This document shows positions 27,224-35,672 of a DNA stretch of 64,000 nucleotides, piece by piece. The stretch lies in contig DBYN01000006.1 in the NCBI GenBank assembly GCA_002310415.1, positions 219,249 through 283,248 of the forward strand. Direction: 5' to 3'. Made by a program: the position numbers and the translations under genes. Within the stretch, counting starts at the first letter, position 1. The number at the start of each line of letters is the position of its first letter. Source of the stretch: Alphaproteobacteria bacterium UBA1185. Its GTDB lineage: Bacteria; Pseudomonadota; Alphaproteobacteria; Rs-D84. Below the pieces are notes generated by a model that ran no database searches, had not been told where the DNA came from, and saw nothing but the letters and a program-made list of their open reading frames with translations.

Positions 27224-28858
27224 ATGAAGATGAAAATGCGTTTGAAAATGTTTTTAACGGGTTTGTTGATGATGGGGGCGTTGGCGGGTTGCACTTTGCA
27301 AGAATCTGCCAAGGTGTCGGCATCTGTTGATCAAAACTTTGTAAAAGCATATGAAGCATTTGAAATGGCGAAAAATCCGCGTGCCAAGGTTGCTAGTGGT
27401 GATACGGTTTCTGTATCAGAAGGTGTTTGGTTGGGTAATAAATCTACGGTTTTGGAACATAAAAATACGTTGCCTGCTAAATTTGAAACTGATACAGGAA
27501 TTACGATTTTATTGAACGAGCCAGTAACGTTACAGGTTTTGGCAAATGATATAAATTCTATTACCGGTATTCCTGTCAAGATAGATAACCAGGTCGATTC
27601 GGAAAAGTTAAGAAAGACAGTTGATGTTGCGTATACTGGAAAGTTATCTGGTCTGTTGTCGCAAATTGCAACTGATTTAGATTTGTTGTGGTATTATGAC
27701 AAAGATGCGATTGTATTTTATGAAACAGAAACGCGGACATATACATTATATGCGCTGGGTACGGATGTATCATATCAATCTTCGGTTCAAACAGACGATG
27801 GAAATCAGGTTTCTTTGGAATCCACATTAAAAGAATGGGATGAAGTTGAATCAACAATAAGTTCAATTGTTAATTCATCTAAAAATTCTCAATTTACTGT
27901 TTCACGTAGTTTAGGAACAATCACAGTAACTGCATCGCCATCTGTGTTAAACAGGGTTGCGGAATATATTGCAAAACAGAACAAACGCTTGTCTCAGTTG
28001 GTAACCATAGATGTCAAAGTGTTACAAGTGTCTTTGTCTAATGAATCTGCATTTGGGTTGAATTTGGCGGCTGCGATTAATTCTGCATCTGGATTGAATA
28101 TAGTTGCAAATCCAAAAAATAATTTAGCGACCACAGAAGCAAGTTCTATGAATGTTGCTGTTTTATCTAATACAGTTTCGGCTTTGACAGGTGCAACACA
28201 TGGTGATGGATTAGAAGGTGCGTATACAAACGATCAAATTATGAATGGTTCTATGGCACGTGTGGCGGGAACAAATGCTTTGATAGAGGCTTTGGCAAAA
28301 CAAGGTAAGGTTTCTTTGGTGACAAATGTTGGTGTTACAACACGTAACAATCGTGTTGCACCCGTAACAAATACCAGAACAACTGGATACATAAAACGGT
28401 TTGAATCGCGTAATTTTACAACTGTTGAATCCAGTACGGTTGACCAAGATAATTTGGAAACAGGTTTTTCAATGCAATTGTTGCCTAACGTTTTGGAAAA
28501 CGGCAAGATTTTATTGTTGTTCAAAATGTCTATTCGTGAATTGTTAAGAATGTCAACTCAGACGATTGGTGATCAAATGAAAGTAACACTGCAATTACCA
28601 GAAGTAGAAGAACGTTCGTTTATGCAAGAAGTTATTATGGAATCTGGTCAAATGTTGGTAGTATCTGGATTTGAAAAGCAAAAGAATAATGATACACGTT
28701 ATGGTTTGGGGGATCCTGATTTTATGGCGTTGTCTGGGTCGCGTGAAACAGCAGCATCACGTGAAGTGTTGGTTGTTATTTTGACGCCTCAGGTTTTGGT
28801 TAGCCCGATGGATGCAGAACGTAATATTCAACAACATTGGGGCGCACCATTAAATTAA
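27224..28858 (+). CDS. lipoprotein secretin, type IVb PilN/TcpC-like
   Basis: Lipobox GALAGC. The secretin C-domain features are VTIDVKVLQVSLSNESAFGLNL, ...QMLVVSGFEKQKNND... and GLGDPDFMALSGSRETAASREVLVVILTPQVL. Confidence 0.75.
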   Translation: MKMKMRLKMFLTGLLMMGALAGCTLQESAKVSASVDQNFVKAYEAFEMAKNPRAKVASGDTVSVSEGVWLGNKSTVLEHKNTLPAKFETDTGITILLNEPVTLQVLANDINSITGIPVKIDNQVDSEKLRKTVDVAYTGKLSGLLSQIATDLDLLWYYDKDAIVFYETETRTYTLYALGTDVSYQSSVQTDDGNQVSLESTLKEWDEVESTISSIVNSSKNSQFTVSRSLGTITVTASPSVLNRVAEYIAKQNKRLSQLVTIDVKVLQVSLSNESAFGLNLAAAINSASGLNIVANPKNNLATTEASSMNVAVLSNTVSALTGATHGDGLEGAYTNDQIMNGSMARVAGTNALIEALAKQGKVSLVTNVGVTTRNNRVAPVTNTRTTGYIKRFESRNFTTVESSTVDQDNLETGFSMQLLPNVLENGKILLLFKMSIRELLRMSTQTIGDQMKVTLQLPEVEERSFMQEVIMESGQMLVVSGFEKQKNNDTRYGLGDPDFMALSGSRETAASREVLVVILTPQVLVSPMDAERNIQQHWGAPLN

Positions 28859-28948
28859 AATATAATTATACAAAAACAAAGATGCGCAAAAATTATGAGT
28901 AGGTATGCAAAAGTACATGAACATGCTGGAAATCGCAGAAACCTATAC

Positions 28949-30316
28949 ATGCAATCAAAGCGTTGTCTGATGGTTTTGGTTTTTGTGATGGGGTTGCATA
29001 ATATCGCTTTGGCTGCAAGTTGGGACTATCCATGTGAAGCAGTTAAATGTGGACCTGGATCGTATTTCTCAAGTAGTGACAATAGATGTAAAAAATGCAC
29101 AGAAGTTAAAGATACAGAGTTACAATCAGTTGGTGTAACAAAGGATATGTTGTGGTGTCCAGGGTATATGAGTGATTGTAATGATAAAAAGAATGGTTTA
29201 CATACGTGTGAGTCTTATATAAGAAATTATGATGACAACTATGAATGGTTTTTGGAAAATAATAACACGGACGAAGGTTGGAAAGAATTTACAACAGAAG
29301 TGGCTTGGTCACCCACAGTACAACAAAACCAGGAAAGAGAGGATTATCGTGATGAGGTTGTTGGTGTCAAATATGTTGCAGATGCCCTTAATGATTACAA
29401 AAAGTGTAAATTAACCGAGGTGCATTGTAAACCAGGGTACTATTTGCCAAAAAACACTGATAAATGTGAATTTTGTTCAAATGAATTCAGGAAATATTGT
29501 CCAGGTGGTTGGTATGAAGTAGAACAATCCAAAGATCAAGGCGTGTATGATTGTGATGCTTCAAAAATAACTGGTAGGTATCATACTGCATGTGTGTCTT
29601 GTCCGGATGGTATGCGAGCCAACTCGAATGAGGACAAGTTTATTTGGTATGATGTTATGATTAATGGTTCAAAGGCGGACTCATCAGATAGAGCGTTACG
29701 AAATATAGCTTGTATCAATAATAATGGATATGGTAAACATTATAAAGTTGAGTGTGGTAATGAGTTATCTAGTGACCCTGATTATAACAAGAAAAATGGT
29801 ATTTGGGGGTTGTGTGAAGAAGAAATTGGAGTGGCATCGTTACCTATCCAAAAGCAACATATTGAGATGGATAGAGTATATTTAAATGACAACTCAATCG
29901 TCGGTATAGAAATAAAAACATTCCCTGGTTCTGTGTACTATAACGGTACATATGTAAAATGTGCGGATTATCCAGAATTTGCAAAGGTGGCCAAAGAAGC
30001 ACGCATGTATTGCCCAGGAAATTGGGTAACAAAGGATGCAAATGGCAATTATCCAACCCCATTACAACAAATGAAACAATGCCCACCCAAAAAAGAGCCG
30101 AATGATGATTTATCCGGTTGTGAATGTATGTGGAAAGATAAGGGAGCCACAGAAACACCTGAGGGTGAGTGTATTCATAAAGAATTAAAATTGGGATATA
30201 AAGATTTATATTACGGACCATTTTGCAAAGATGATCCGACATGTCCATTGTTTAAACAATGTTGGACCAAGTTTAATAACAAAGCAGCATACAGAAAATG
30301 TATGGGCTTTGATTAA
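28949..30316 (+). CDS. secreted cysteine-rich protein with furin/TNFR-like repeats
   Basis: Signal peptide MQSKRCLMVLVFVMGLHNIALA from ATG 28949; the track ORF starts at 28895. I count 28 Cys in the mature part. Repeats are KCGPGSYFSSSDNRCKKC, HCKPGYYLPKNTDKCEFC, YCPGGWY, YCPGNWV and WCPGYMSDC. Confidence 0.6.
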   Translation: MQSKRCLMVLVFVMGLHNIALAASWDYPCEAVKCGPGSYFSSSDNRCKKCTEVKDTELQSVGVTKDMLWCPGYMSDCNDKKNGLHTCESYIRNYDDNYEWFLENNNTDEGWKEFTTEVAWSPTVQQNQEREDYRDEVVGVKYVADALNDYKKCKLTEVHCKPGYYLPKNTDKCEFCSNEFRKYCPGGWYEVEQSKDQGVYDCDASKITGRYHTACVSCPDGMRANSNEDKFIWYDVMINGSKADSSDRALRNIACINNNGYGKHYKVECGNELSSDPDYNKKNGIWGLCEEEIGVASLPIQKQHIEMDRVYLNDNSIVGIEIKTFPGSVYYNGTYVKCADYPEFAKVAKEARMYCPGNWVTKDANGNYPTPLQQMKQCPPKKEPNDDLSGCECMWKDKGATETPEGECIHKELKLGYKDLYYGPFCKDDPTCPLFKQCWTKFNNKAAYRKCMGFD

Positions 30317-30461
30317 TCAAGTGTAAAAATATCTTGCGGTTGTTTCATAGAAACATTGTCACGATAATACACAACAAAAAAACCACCCAATTTTATTACA
30401 CGAAACTTTATCGAAGTGTGACGGGCGGTTTTCTTTGATAAATAAAAGCACAACAACTTAA

Positions 30462-30722
30462 TTATGCGATTTTTGCAATTTTCTTTGCCAGACGAGCAAC
30501 TTTACGTGAAGCGGTTTTCTTTGGCATTGTTTTGCCAGCTGCTTTCATAATTTTGCTTTCTGCATTGCGCGCAGCTGCAATTGCAGCGACTTTGTCACCA
30601 GATTCAATCGCGCTTAATGCTTTTTTGGTTGCAGTTTTAACAGCACTACGACGTGCTGTGTTAATCGCATTTTTCTTTGTTGTTACTAAGATTCTTTTAT
30701 CACATGATTTATGATTTGCCAC
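30462..30722 (-). CDS. rpsT: 30S ribosomal protein S20
   Basis: 86 aa, basic. MANHKSCDKRILVTTKKN...ARRSAVKT is typical of bS20. Confidence 0.9.
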   Translation of the reverse strand: MANHKSCDKRILVTTKKNAINTARRSAVKTATKKALSAIESGDKVAAIAAARNAESKIMKAAGKTMPKKTASRKVARLAKKIAKIA

Positions 30723-30795
30723 TTTATTTTCCTTTTATTTTTATGCTGTTTATGCTATTTTATAGAAAACAAACATAAAATCAAGGAAAAACGAC

Positions 30796-31437
30796 ATGAT
30801 AAATATTTTTTTTAATGCCTATACGATTTCTTTATTAATTGCTTATCTTTTGGGATCAATACCCTTCGGCATTATTGTTGCAAAATTATTTCACAAGGGT
30901 GATTTGCGCAAAATCGGCAGTGGAAACATCGGTGCGACAAATGTTATGCGGGTCGGTGGGTTGCGTTTGGCTGGTTTGGTGTGGGTTTTAGATATGGCCA
31001 AGGCCATGTTAGCAGTTTGGTTGTGTAGTAATGTTGGCTCGGCGACATTTGGGTATGAATATATCCCAAGTGTTGCTTTGGTTTATGGGGCTTGGGGTGG
31101 ATTTATGGCGGTTGTTGGGCATTGTTTTCCAATATGGTTGAAATTTCATGGCGGTAAAGGCGTTTCTTGTTTGTTTGGTGTATTATTGGCGATAAATCCA
31201 ATGTTGTTCGTTGTTTGTGGGGTTGAATGGTTATTGGTTGCTTTGGGATCTGGATATTCATCTTTGGGGGCAGTAGTTACATTTTGTTTTATGCCTTTGT
31301 TTGGTTTCTTTACAGGTTTTGATATGGGAATTGCTTTCTTGGCAATTGCTTTGCTTTGTTTATGGCAGCATCGCGCTAATATTTTACGTTTGATTTCTGG
31401 CAAAGAATCAAAAATAGAATGGAAATGGAAAAAATAA
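30796..31437 (+). CDS. plsY: glycerol-3-phosphate acyltransferase PlsY
   Basis: 213 aa membrane protein with GSIPFG and GSGNIGATNV motifs. Confidence 0.9.
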   Translation: MINIFFNAYTISLLIAYLLGSIPFGIIVAKLFHKGDLRKIGSGNIGATNVMRVGGLRLAGLVWVLDMAKAMLAVWLCSNVGSATFGYEYIPSVALVYGAWGGFMAVVGHCFPIWLKFHGGKGVSCLFGVLLAINPMLFVVCGVEWLLVALGSGYSSLGAVVTFCFMPLFGFFTGFDMGIAFLAIALLCLWQHRANILRLISGKESKIEWKWKK

Positions 31438-31514
31438 CACTTTTTATATCATATAATATTTGTTTTTGTATGTTTTTTGTGATATAATATGTCCAAAGAA
31501 GAGGGATTAACTAG

Positions 31515-32360
31515 ATGAAATTTATAGTGTCTGTGATAGTTGCGACGTTGGTTATATCCGGCGCAAATGCTGCACAAAGTGGACGTCCGGCGATGGCTGG
31601 TACCCGCGTTATATCGTCGCCACGTTATACAGCATCTGTGAATCAATTAAACGGAATGTCTGGTATGCCAAATGCTGTGACGGCCGGAAATCCTGTTGTT
31701 TCTGTAAACAACGTGGTTGAATCTGTTCCGCAGGATACTGTGAAAGAAGAATCAACAGAGGAAAAAGTTACTGTTGATATGCGCGAAGCAGAGCGTAATG
31801 CGTGCATTAATAATAATATTGGTGTTGGCAATACTTTTGTGTGGGCTTCAAAATACAGCAATACAGATGATTATGCCAGCATGGTTGAAGACAGTGAACA
31901 TCCTGAAAATAATGTTTGCTTTGTAAGGGTTGAATTAAAATCTTCTAATGAATCCAGAATCAAGGTGTCTGACATAGAACCAAAGTATTTTATGTGGGGT
32001 GAACCTATTACTTGTGGCAGTTGGGTCAGCAAAAAGGAAATGGAAAAACGTATTTTGGATGCTAAAAAGGGTGTGCGTATTGGTGGTATAGTAGCAAGTA
32101 CTATTGGTGGTATGGGATTGGGTGTCGGTGCGATGGAGTTATTTGGAAACAGGTTGATTGGTGGCAAAGTCGAAGGCCAAAAATCTGCATCCAGTGTAGA
32201 GTTGTACAAGCATAGATTATTAGCATTACAGAAAAGTGATAAAACTTTGTATGATAAATATGTAGCGGATTTGCATACGTTAAGCGATGCGTGTCGCGAG
32301 AATTCTGTACCCAGTGACAATTGTATCACGTACAACGAGCTTTTAAAGGCAATCGAATAA
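31515..32360 (+). CDS. hypothetical secreted/membrane-anchored protein
   Basis: Signal peptide ...VISGANA. The Cys-containing middle domain includes ACINNNIGVGNTFVWASKYSN and NNVCFVRVELKS. A Gly-zipper TM (IGGIVASTIGGMGLGVGAMELFG) precedes a helical C-terminal tail. Confidence 0.5.
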   Translation: MKFIVSVIVATLVISGANAAQSGRPAMAGTRVISSPRYTASVNQLNGMSGMPNAVTAGNPVVSVNNVVESVPQDTVKEESTEEKVTVDMREAERNACINNNIGVGNTFVWASKYSNTDDYASMVEDSEHPENNVCFVRVELKSSNESRIKVSDIEPKYFMWGEPITCGSWVSKKEMEKRILDAKKGVRIGGIVASTIGGMGLGVGAMELFGNRLIGGKVEGQKSASSVELYKHRLLALQKSDKTLYDKYVADLHTLSDACRENSVPSDNCITYNELLKAIE

Positions 32361-32376
32361 ACAAAAAGGTGAAAAA

Positions 32377-32877
32377 ATGAAAAAATATTTATTTGTGTTA
32401 TTTATGTGTTTACCAGTGATGGCTGTGGGTGCTCCGTCTGTAAGGGCGTTGGGCGGTGGTGCTGCGGTCAGTGGTTCAACGGGGGCGATGGCCACGAAAG
32501 TTACGCCTGCAAAAACTGGTTCTGCTGGTGTATCGCGTGTTGGATCGTTACGTGCCAGGGCGGTCACAACTGGGGCATCTGGTGGGGCTATTTCCGGGTC
32601 TTCAACACGTTTCCCGGTTTTGTTGCCAACCAAGTCTTATAACAGTGTTCAAGCACCACGTCCAGTGGCTTCGGGAACAACGAATGTGAATACAACTGAA
32701 ATTAACGAAAATATAACGAATATTACAAATCAAATCACAGAAATAGATGGTCGTATTACAAATATCACAGAATCTTTGAAAGATGATTCAAGATTTGATT
32801 CAATTAGTACATTGCCTTTGTCTGGCAACCCCGGGGAAAATCGTGCGTGGATATGGGTTGAGGATTCGGCTGAATAG
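32377..32877 (+). CDS. hypothetical secreted protein, APSV(R/K)xLG...IW(V/I)E family (paralog of 58851..59402)
   Basis: Signal peptide ending VG|APSVRALGGG, a Gly/Ser/Ala-rich segment, an Asn/Ile heptad-like segment NENITNITNQITEIDGRITNITESL, and a C-terminal RAWIWVEDSAE. Confidence 0.55.
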   Translation: MKKYLFVLFMCLPVMAVGAPSVRALGGGAAVSGSTGAMATKVTPAKTGSAGVSRVGSLRARAVTTGASGGAISGSSTRFPVLLPTKSYNSVQAPRPVASGTTNVNTTEINENITNITNQITEIDGRITNITESLKDDSRFDSISTLPLSGNPGENRAWIWVEDSAE

Positions 32878-32941
32878 TTATTTAGAAATTTAATTTTTTG
32901 CTTTTCAGGGATTGCAGATTTGTTCTACAATCCCTTTTGAT

Positions 32942-33952
32942 ATGAACGATATTTTGCAAAAACTTTTTATTCTAAGAAGTCCAAAAATTGGCCCAGCGAA
33001 ATATAACGCTTTGTTGACCGAATATGGTGATGTTGAATCTGTGGTCGATTCTTTACATTTATCAACAGATTTTATGGATGATGTTAAAAGGGAAATCGAT
33101 AATGCGTATAGTTTGGGAATTGAATACATAGACGATACCGATCTGCGATATCCAAAAAATTTATTAAAAATAAAAAATCATCCAATTGTTATTACTGCGC
33201 GAGGTAATGTTGATACTTTGAATAAAAAAACTGTGGCAATGGTTGGAACGCGACATTCGACTGCGGGTGGTATGGAATTTATGGCAGATATGGCACAGTC
33301 TTTTGCGGAACATAATTTTGCTGTTGTTTCTGGTATGGCAATGGGAACAGATACAGCAGCGCATATTGGTGCTTTGCGGGCTTGTGGAAATACTCAAACT
33401 ATTGCAGTTCTTGCTGGTGGGGTTGATTATATCTGGCCACTGGAAAACGAATCGCTTTATTATGAAATATTAGACAGGGGTGTTGTAATAAGTGAATTAC
33501 CAGTTGGTATGCAACCAACAGCACAAAATTTTGTTTTACGAAATCGTTGGGTTGCTGGTTTGTCTGATTTTTTAATTTTGGGTGAAGCAGATTTAAAATC
33601 AGGCAGTATGACAACGGCGCGATTCGCTTTGGATTATGAACGGCGCGTATTTGCAGTGCCTGGACATCCTTCCGATTCGCGTAGTGTTGGTCCAAATTCA
33701 TTAATAAAAAATGGTGAGGCGACGTTATGTATGTCTGTGAAAGATTTCTTTGATGATGATAAGAAACAAAAAAATAATAAAATTAATAAATATGAAAATG
33801 ATATTTTAGATAAAATAGGAATAATTCCTGTGTCAGAATCTGTATTGGCAAGTCTTGTCAAAAAAAGTGTTTCGGAAATCAAGACTGATTTGGTGGTCTT
33901 GGAATTACAAGGTTTAATAAGGAAACAAGATGGTGGCTATGTTTTAAATTAA
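32942..33952 (+). CDS. dprA: DNA-processing protein DprA (Smf)
   Basis: VAMVGTRHSTAGG, SGMAMGTDTAAH and VLRNRWVAGLS motifs, plus a C-terminal winged-helix-like tail. Confidence 0.85.
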   Translation: MNDILQKLFILRSPKIGPAKYNALLTEYGDVESVVDSLHLSTDFMDDVKREIDNAYSLGIEYIDDTDLRYPKNLLKIKNHPIVITARGNVDTLNKKTVAMVGTRHSTAGGMEFMADMAQSFAEHNFAVVSGMAMGTDTAAHIGALRACGNTQTIAVLAGGVDYIWPLENESLYYEILDRGVVISELPVGMQPTAQNFVLRNRWVAGLSDFLILGEADLKSGSMTTARFALDYERRVFAVPGHPSDSRSVGPNSLIKNGEATLCMSVKDFFDDDKKQKNNKINKYENDILDKIGIIPVSESVLASLVKKSVSEIKTDLVVLELQGLIRKQDGGYVLN

Positions 33953-34246
33953 TTTTTAAAATGTCTATACAGTGTATATACAAAGTGCGAAAATCTAAGA
34001 AAAAAACGAATCGTTGTCAAAAAATAAATGTTTAAAAATGAATTAACATTTGGTTGCAAACAGAAATAAATCTTATAGATTATCTGTTGTATTCAAATGG
34101 TTGATTTAATCAATCACAAAAGCGAGAGAAAAGAGTAGGGCAACGTAAGTGTCAATTATAAATTGATGTTTATGCAGGGGTGTTTTGTACACTTTGAATT
34201 TGCACAGGCAGGAAACTCTTTTAAGAAAGGAAAAGGAGCAAACGAC

Positions 34247-35524
34247 ATGCAAGCAGCAACAAAACAAATTGCAAATATAGAATCAATAAAAATGGCAATT
34301 TCTGCCAGAATAGGTTCTGCGGGTTTTACTTCTTGGATTTTGCCTTTACGATTTGAAGTTGTTGATGATTGTTTGAATTTGGGTGCACATAATCAATTTG
34401 CTGCTGATTATATTAAAAATGTTTATGGTGAAATTCTTTCTGATATTGTTTCTGAATTTTCGTTGAATTTGAATATATATGTTTGTTCATCTGGTAATGT
34501 TGTGAATACCGCAAATGATAATGTTGTTTGTGCATATACACCGGAACCAAAACAAACAGTTGTTAAACATAAAAATGGGTTTAATTATTTTGTATGTTCT
34601 GATGAAAATGCTTTTGCTATGGCTGCATGTAAAAAAATAGCATCTGGTAATGCGCCTTTTTCTCAATTGTTTATATATGGTCCCAGTGGTTGTGGTAAAT
34701 CTTTATTGGCATCTGCGATTTGTAGCGAATCATCGGGTCATGTTGTTATGATGTCTGGGGGACAATTTGTTTTTGAATTTACTCGCAGTTTGCGCGATAA
34801 AACTATATTCGCATTCAAAGATTTTTGTCGTAATTGTGATACTTTTATTTTGGATGATGTGTGTGCGCTGGCGGGCAAGCGTGCGACAACGGATGAATTT
34901 TTACAATTGGTTATGGATTTACATAATATGGGTAAAAGGATTGTTTTGACATCAACTGTTGCACCAAATGCTTTGAATGGTTTTGACAGACGTATACAAT
35001 CTTTGTTTGCATCTGGTTTGGTTGTTGATTTGGTTGCACCAAATGCGTATGTTCGTCGTCAGATGTTGGTTCGGGGCGGTGTTGAAAGTGGTGTGGCTGA
35101 TGAGTTATCTAAACGAATCGCGGCTGATGGTCATTTAGTTGATGGTGTTATAAATAAAATTAAAACATATACTGAATTGATGGGTGAACGTGTTGATATG
35201 GAAGTGGCTGCGAGATTGTTGGGTGATACATTGGCAAAAAATAAAACACCAATTATGATGGTTAAATCTATGTGTGAAAAAATGTGTGTATCGTACGATG
35301 AAATATGTGGTAATTCACGTGCGCGTCGTTTGGTTCGTGCACGTCAAATAATGATGGCTGCTTTGAAAAGTGCGACAAATATGTCTTTGACAGAAATTGG
35401 TACTGTTTGTGGTGGTCGTGATCATGCAACGGTTGTTTATGCATTGAATCAAATTGAAAGTCAAAAAGAATCAGATTTAATATTAAATGCAGAATTGGAT
35501 GACATGATAAAAATTTGTAAATAA
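34247..35524 (+). CDS. dnaA: chromosomal replication initiator DnaA (divergent AAA+ motifs)
   Basis: ATG 34247 is preceded by AAGGAG. The N-terminal domain has FTSWILPL...NQFAADYIKNVY. Walker A-like GPSGCGKSLL and Walker B FILDDV are present. The domain IV HTH reads SRARRLVRARQIMMAALK...LTEIGTVCGGRDHATVVYALNQIE. Confidence 0.8.
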   Translation: MQAATKQIANIESIKMAISARIGSAGFTSWILPLRFEVVDDCLNLGAHNQFAADYIKNVYGEILSDIVSEFSLNLNIYVCSSGNVVNTANDNVVCAYTPEPKQTVVKHKNGFNYFVCSDENAFAMAACKKIASGNAPFSQLFIYGPSGCGKSLLASAICSESSGHVVMMSGGQFVFEFTRSLRDKTIFAFKDFCRNCDTFILDDVCALAGKRATTDEFLQLVMDLHNMGKRIVLTSTVAPNALNGFDRRIQSLFASGLVVDLVAPNAYVRRQMLVRGGVESGVADELSKRIAADGHLVDGVINKIKTYTELMGERVDMEVAARLLGDTLAKNKTPIMMVKSMCEKMCVSYDEICGNSRARRLVRARQIMMAALKSATNMSLTEIGTVCGGRDHATVVYALNQIESQKESDLILNAELDDMIKICK

Positions 35525-35562
35525 TCTGAATATACCAGTTTGCTTTGTGCCAGAAGGGGAAA

Positions 35563-35596
35563 GACCCCACCAAACAAAACGGTGGGTGTTTTTTTA
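35563..35596 (+). terminator. rho-independent terminator after dnaA
   Basis: CCCACC-AAACAAAAC-GGTGGG hairpin followed by TGTTTTTTT. Confidence 0.6.
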
Positions 35597-35672
35597 TTTG
35601 CAATAATGTGCCATATAATCTATACTTGGCATCAAAAGGAAAGCAACGTTTGTAACAAGAGAGAATAAAAAG

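Noticed and set aside
32343-32689. Four overlapping ORFs in different frames and strands over the 5' half of 32377-32877.
   Set aside because: The locally GC-rich, Gly/Ala/Ser-coding low-complexity sequence keeps several frames open. Only the frame with a signal peptide, an RBS and a paralog elsewhere (58851) is credible.
33953-34246. 294-bp AT-rich spacer upstream of dnaA as a possible oriC.
   Set aside because: I found no TTATCCACA/TGTGGATAA-like DnaA boxes and no obvious 13-mer-type repeats by eye. In alphaproteobacteria oriC is usually not next to dnaA. Whole-genome GC skew is needed to settle this.
34238-34262. GCAAACGAC (Ala-Asn-Asp), resembling the start of a tmRNA tag reading frame.
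   Set aside because: The frame continues without a stop into DnaA. No tRNA-like acceptor or T-arm sequence is nearby. This is a coincidence at the dnaA start.
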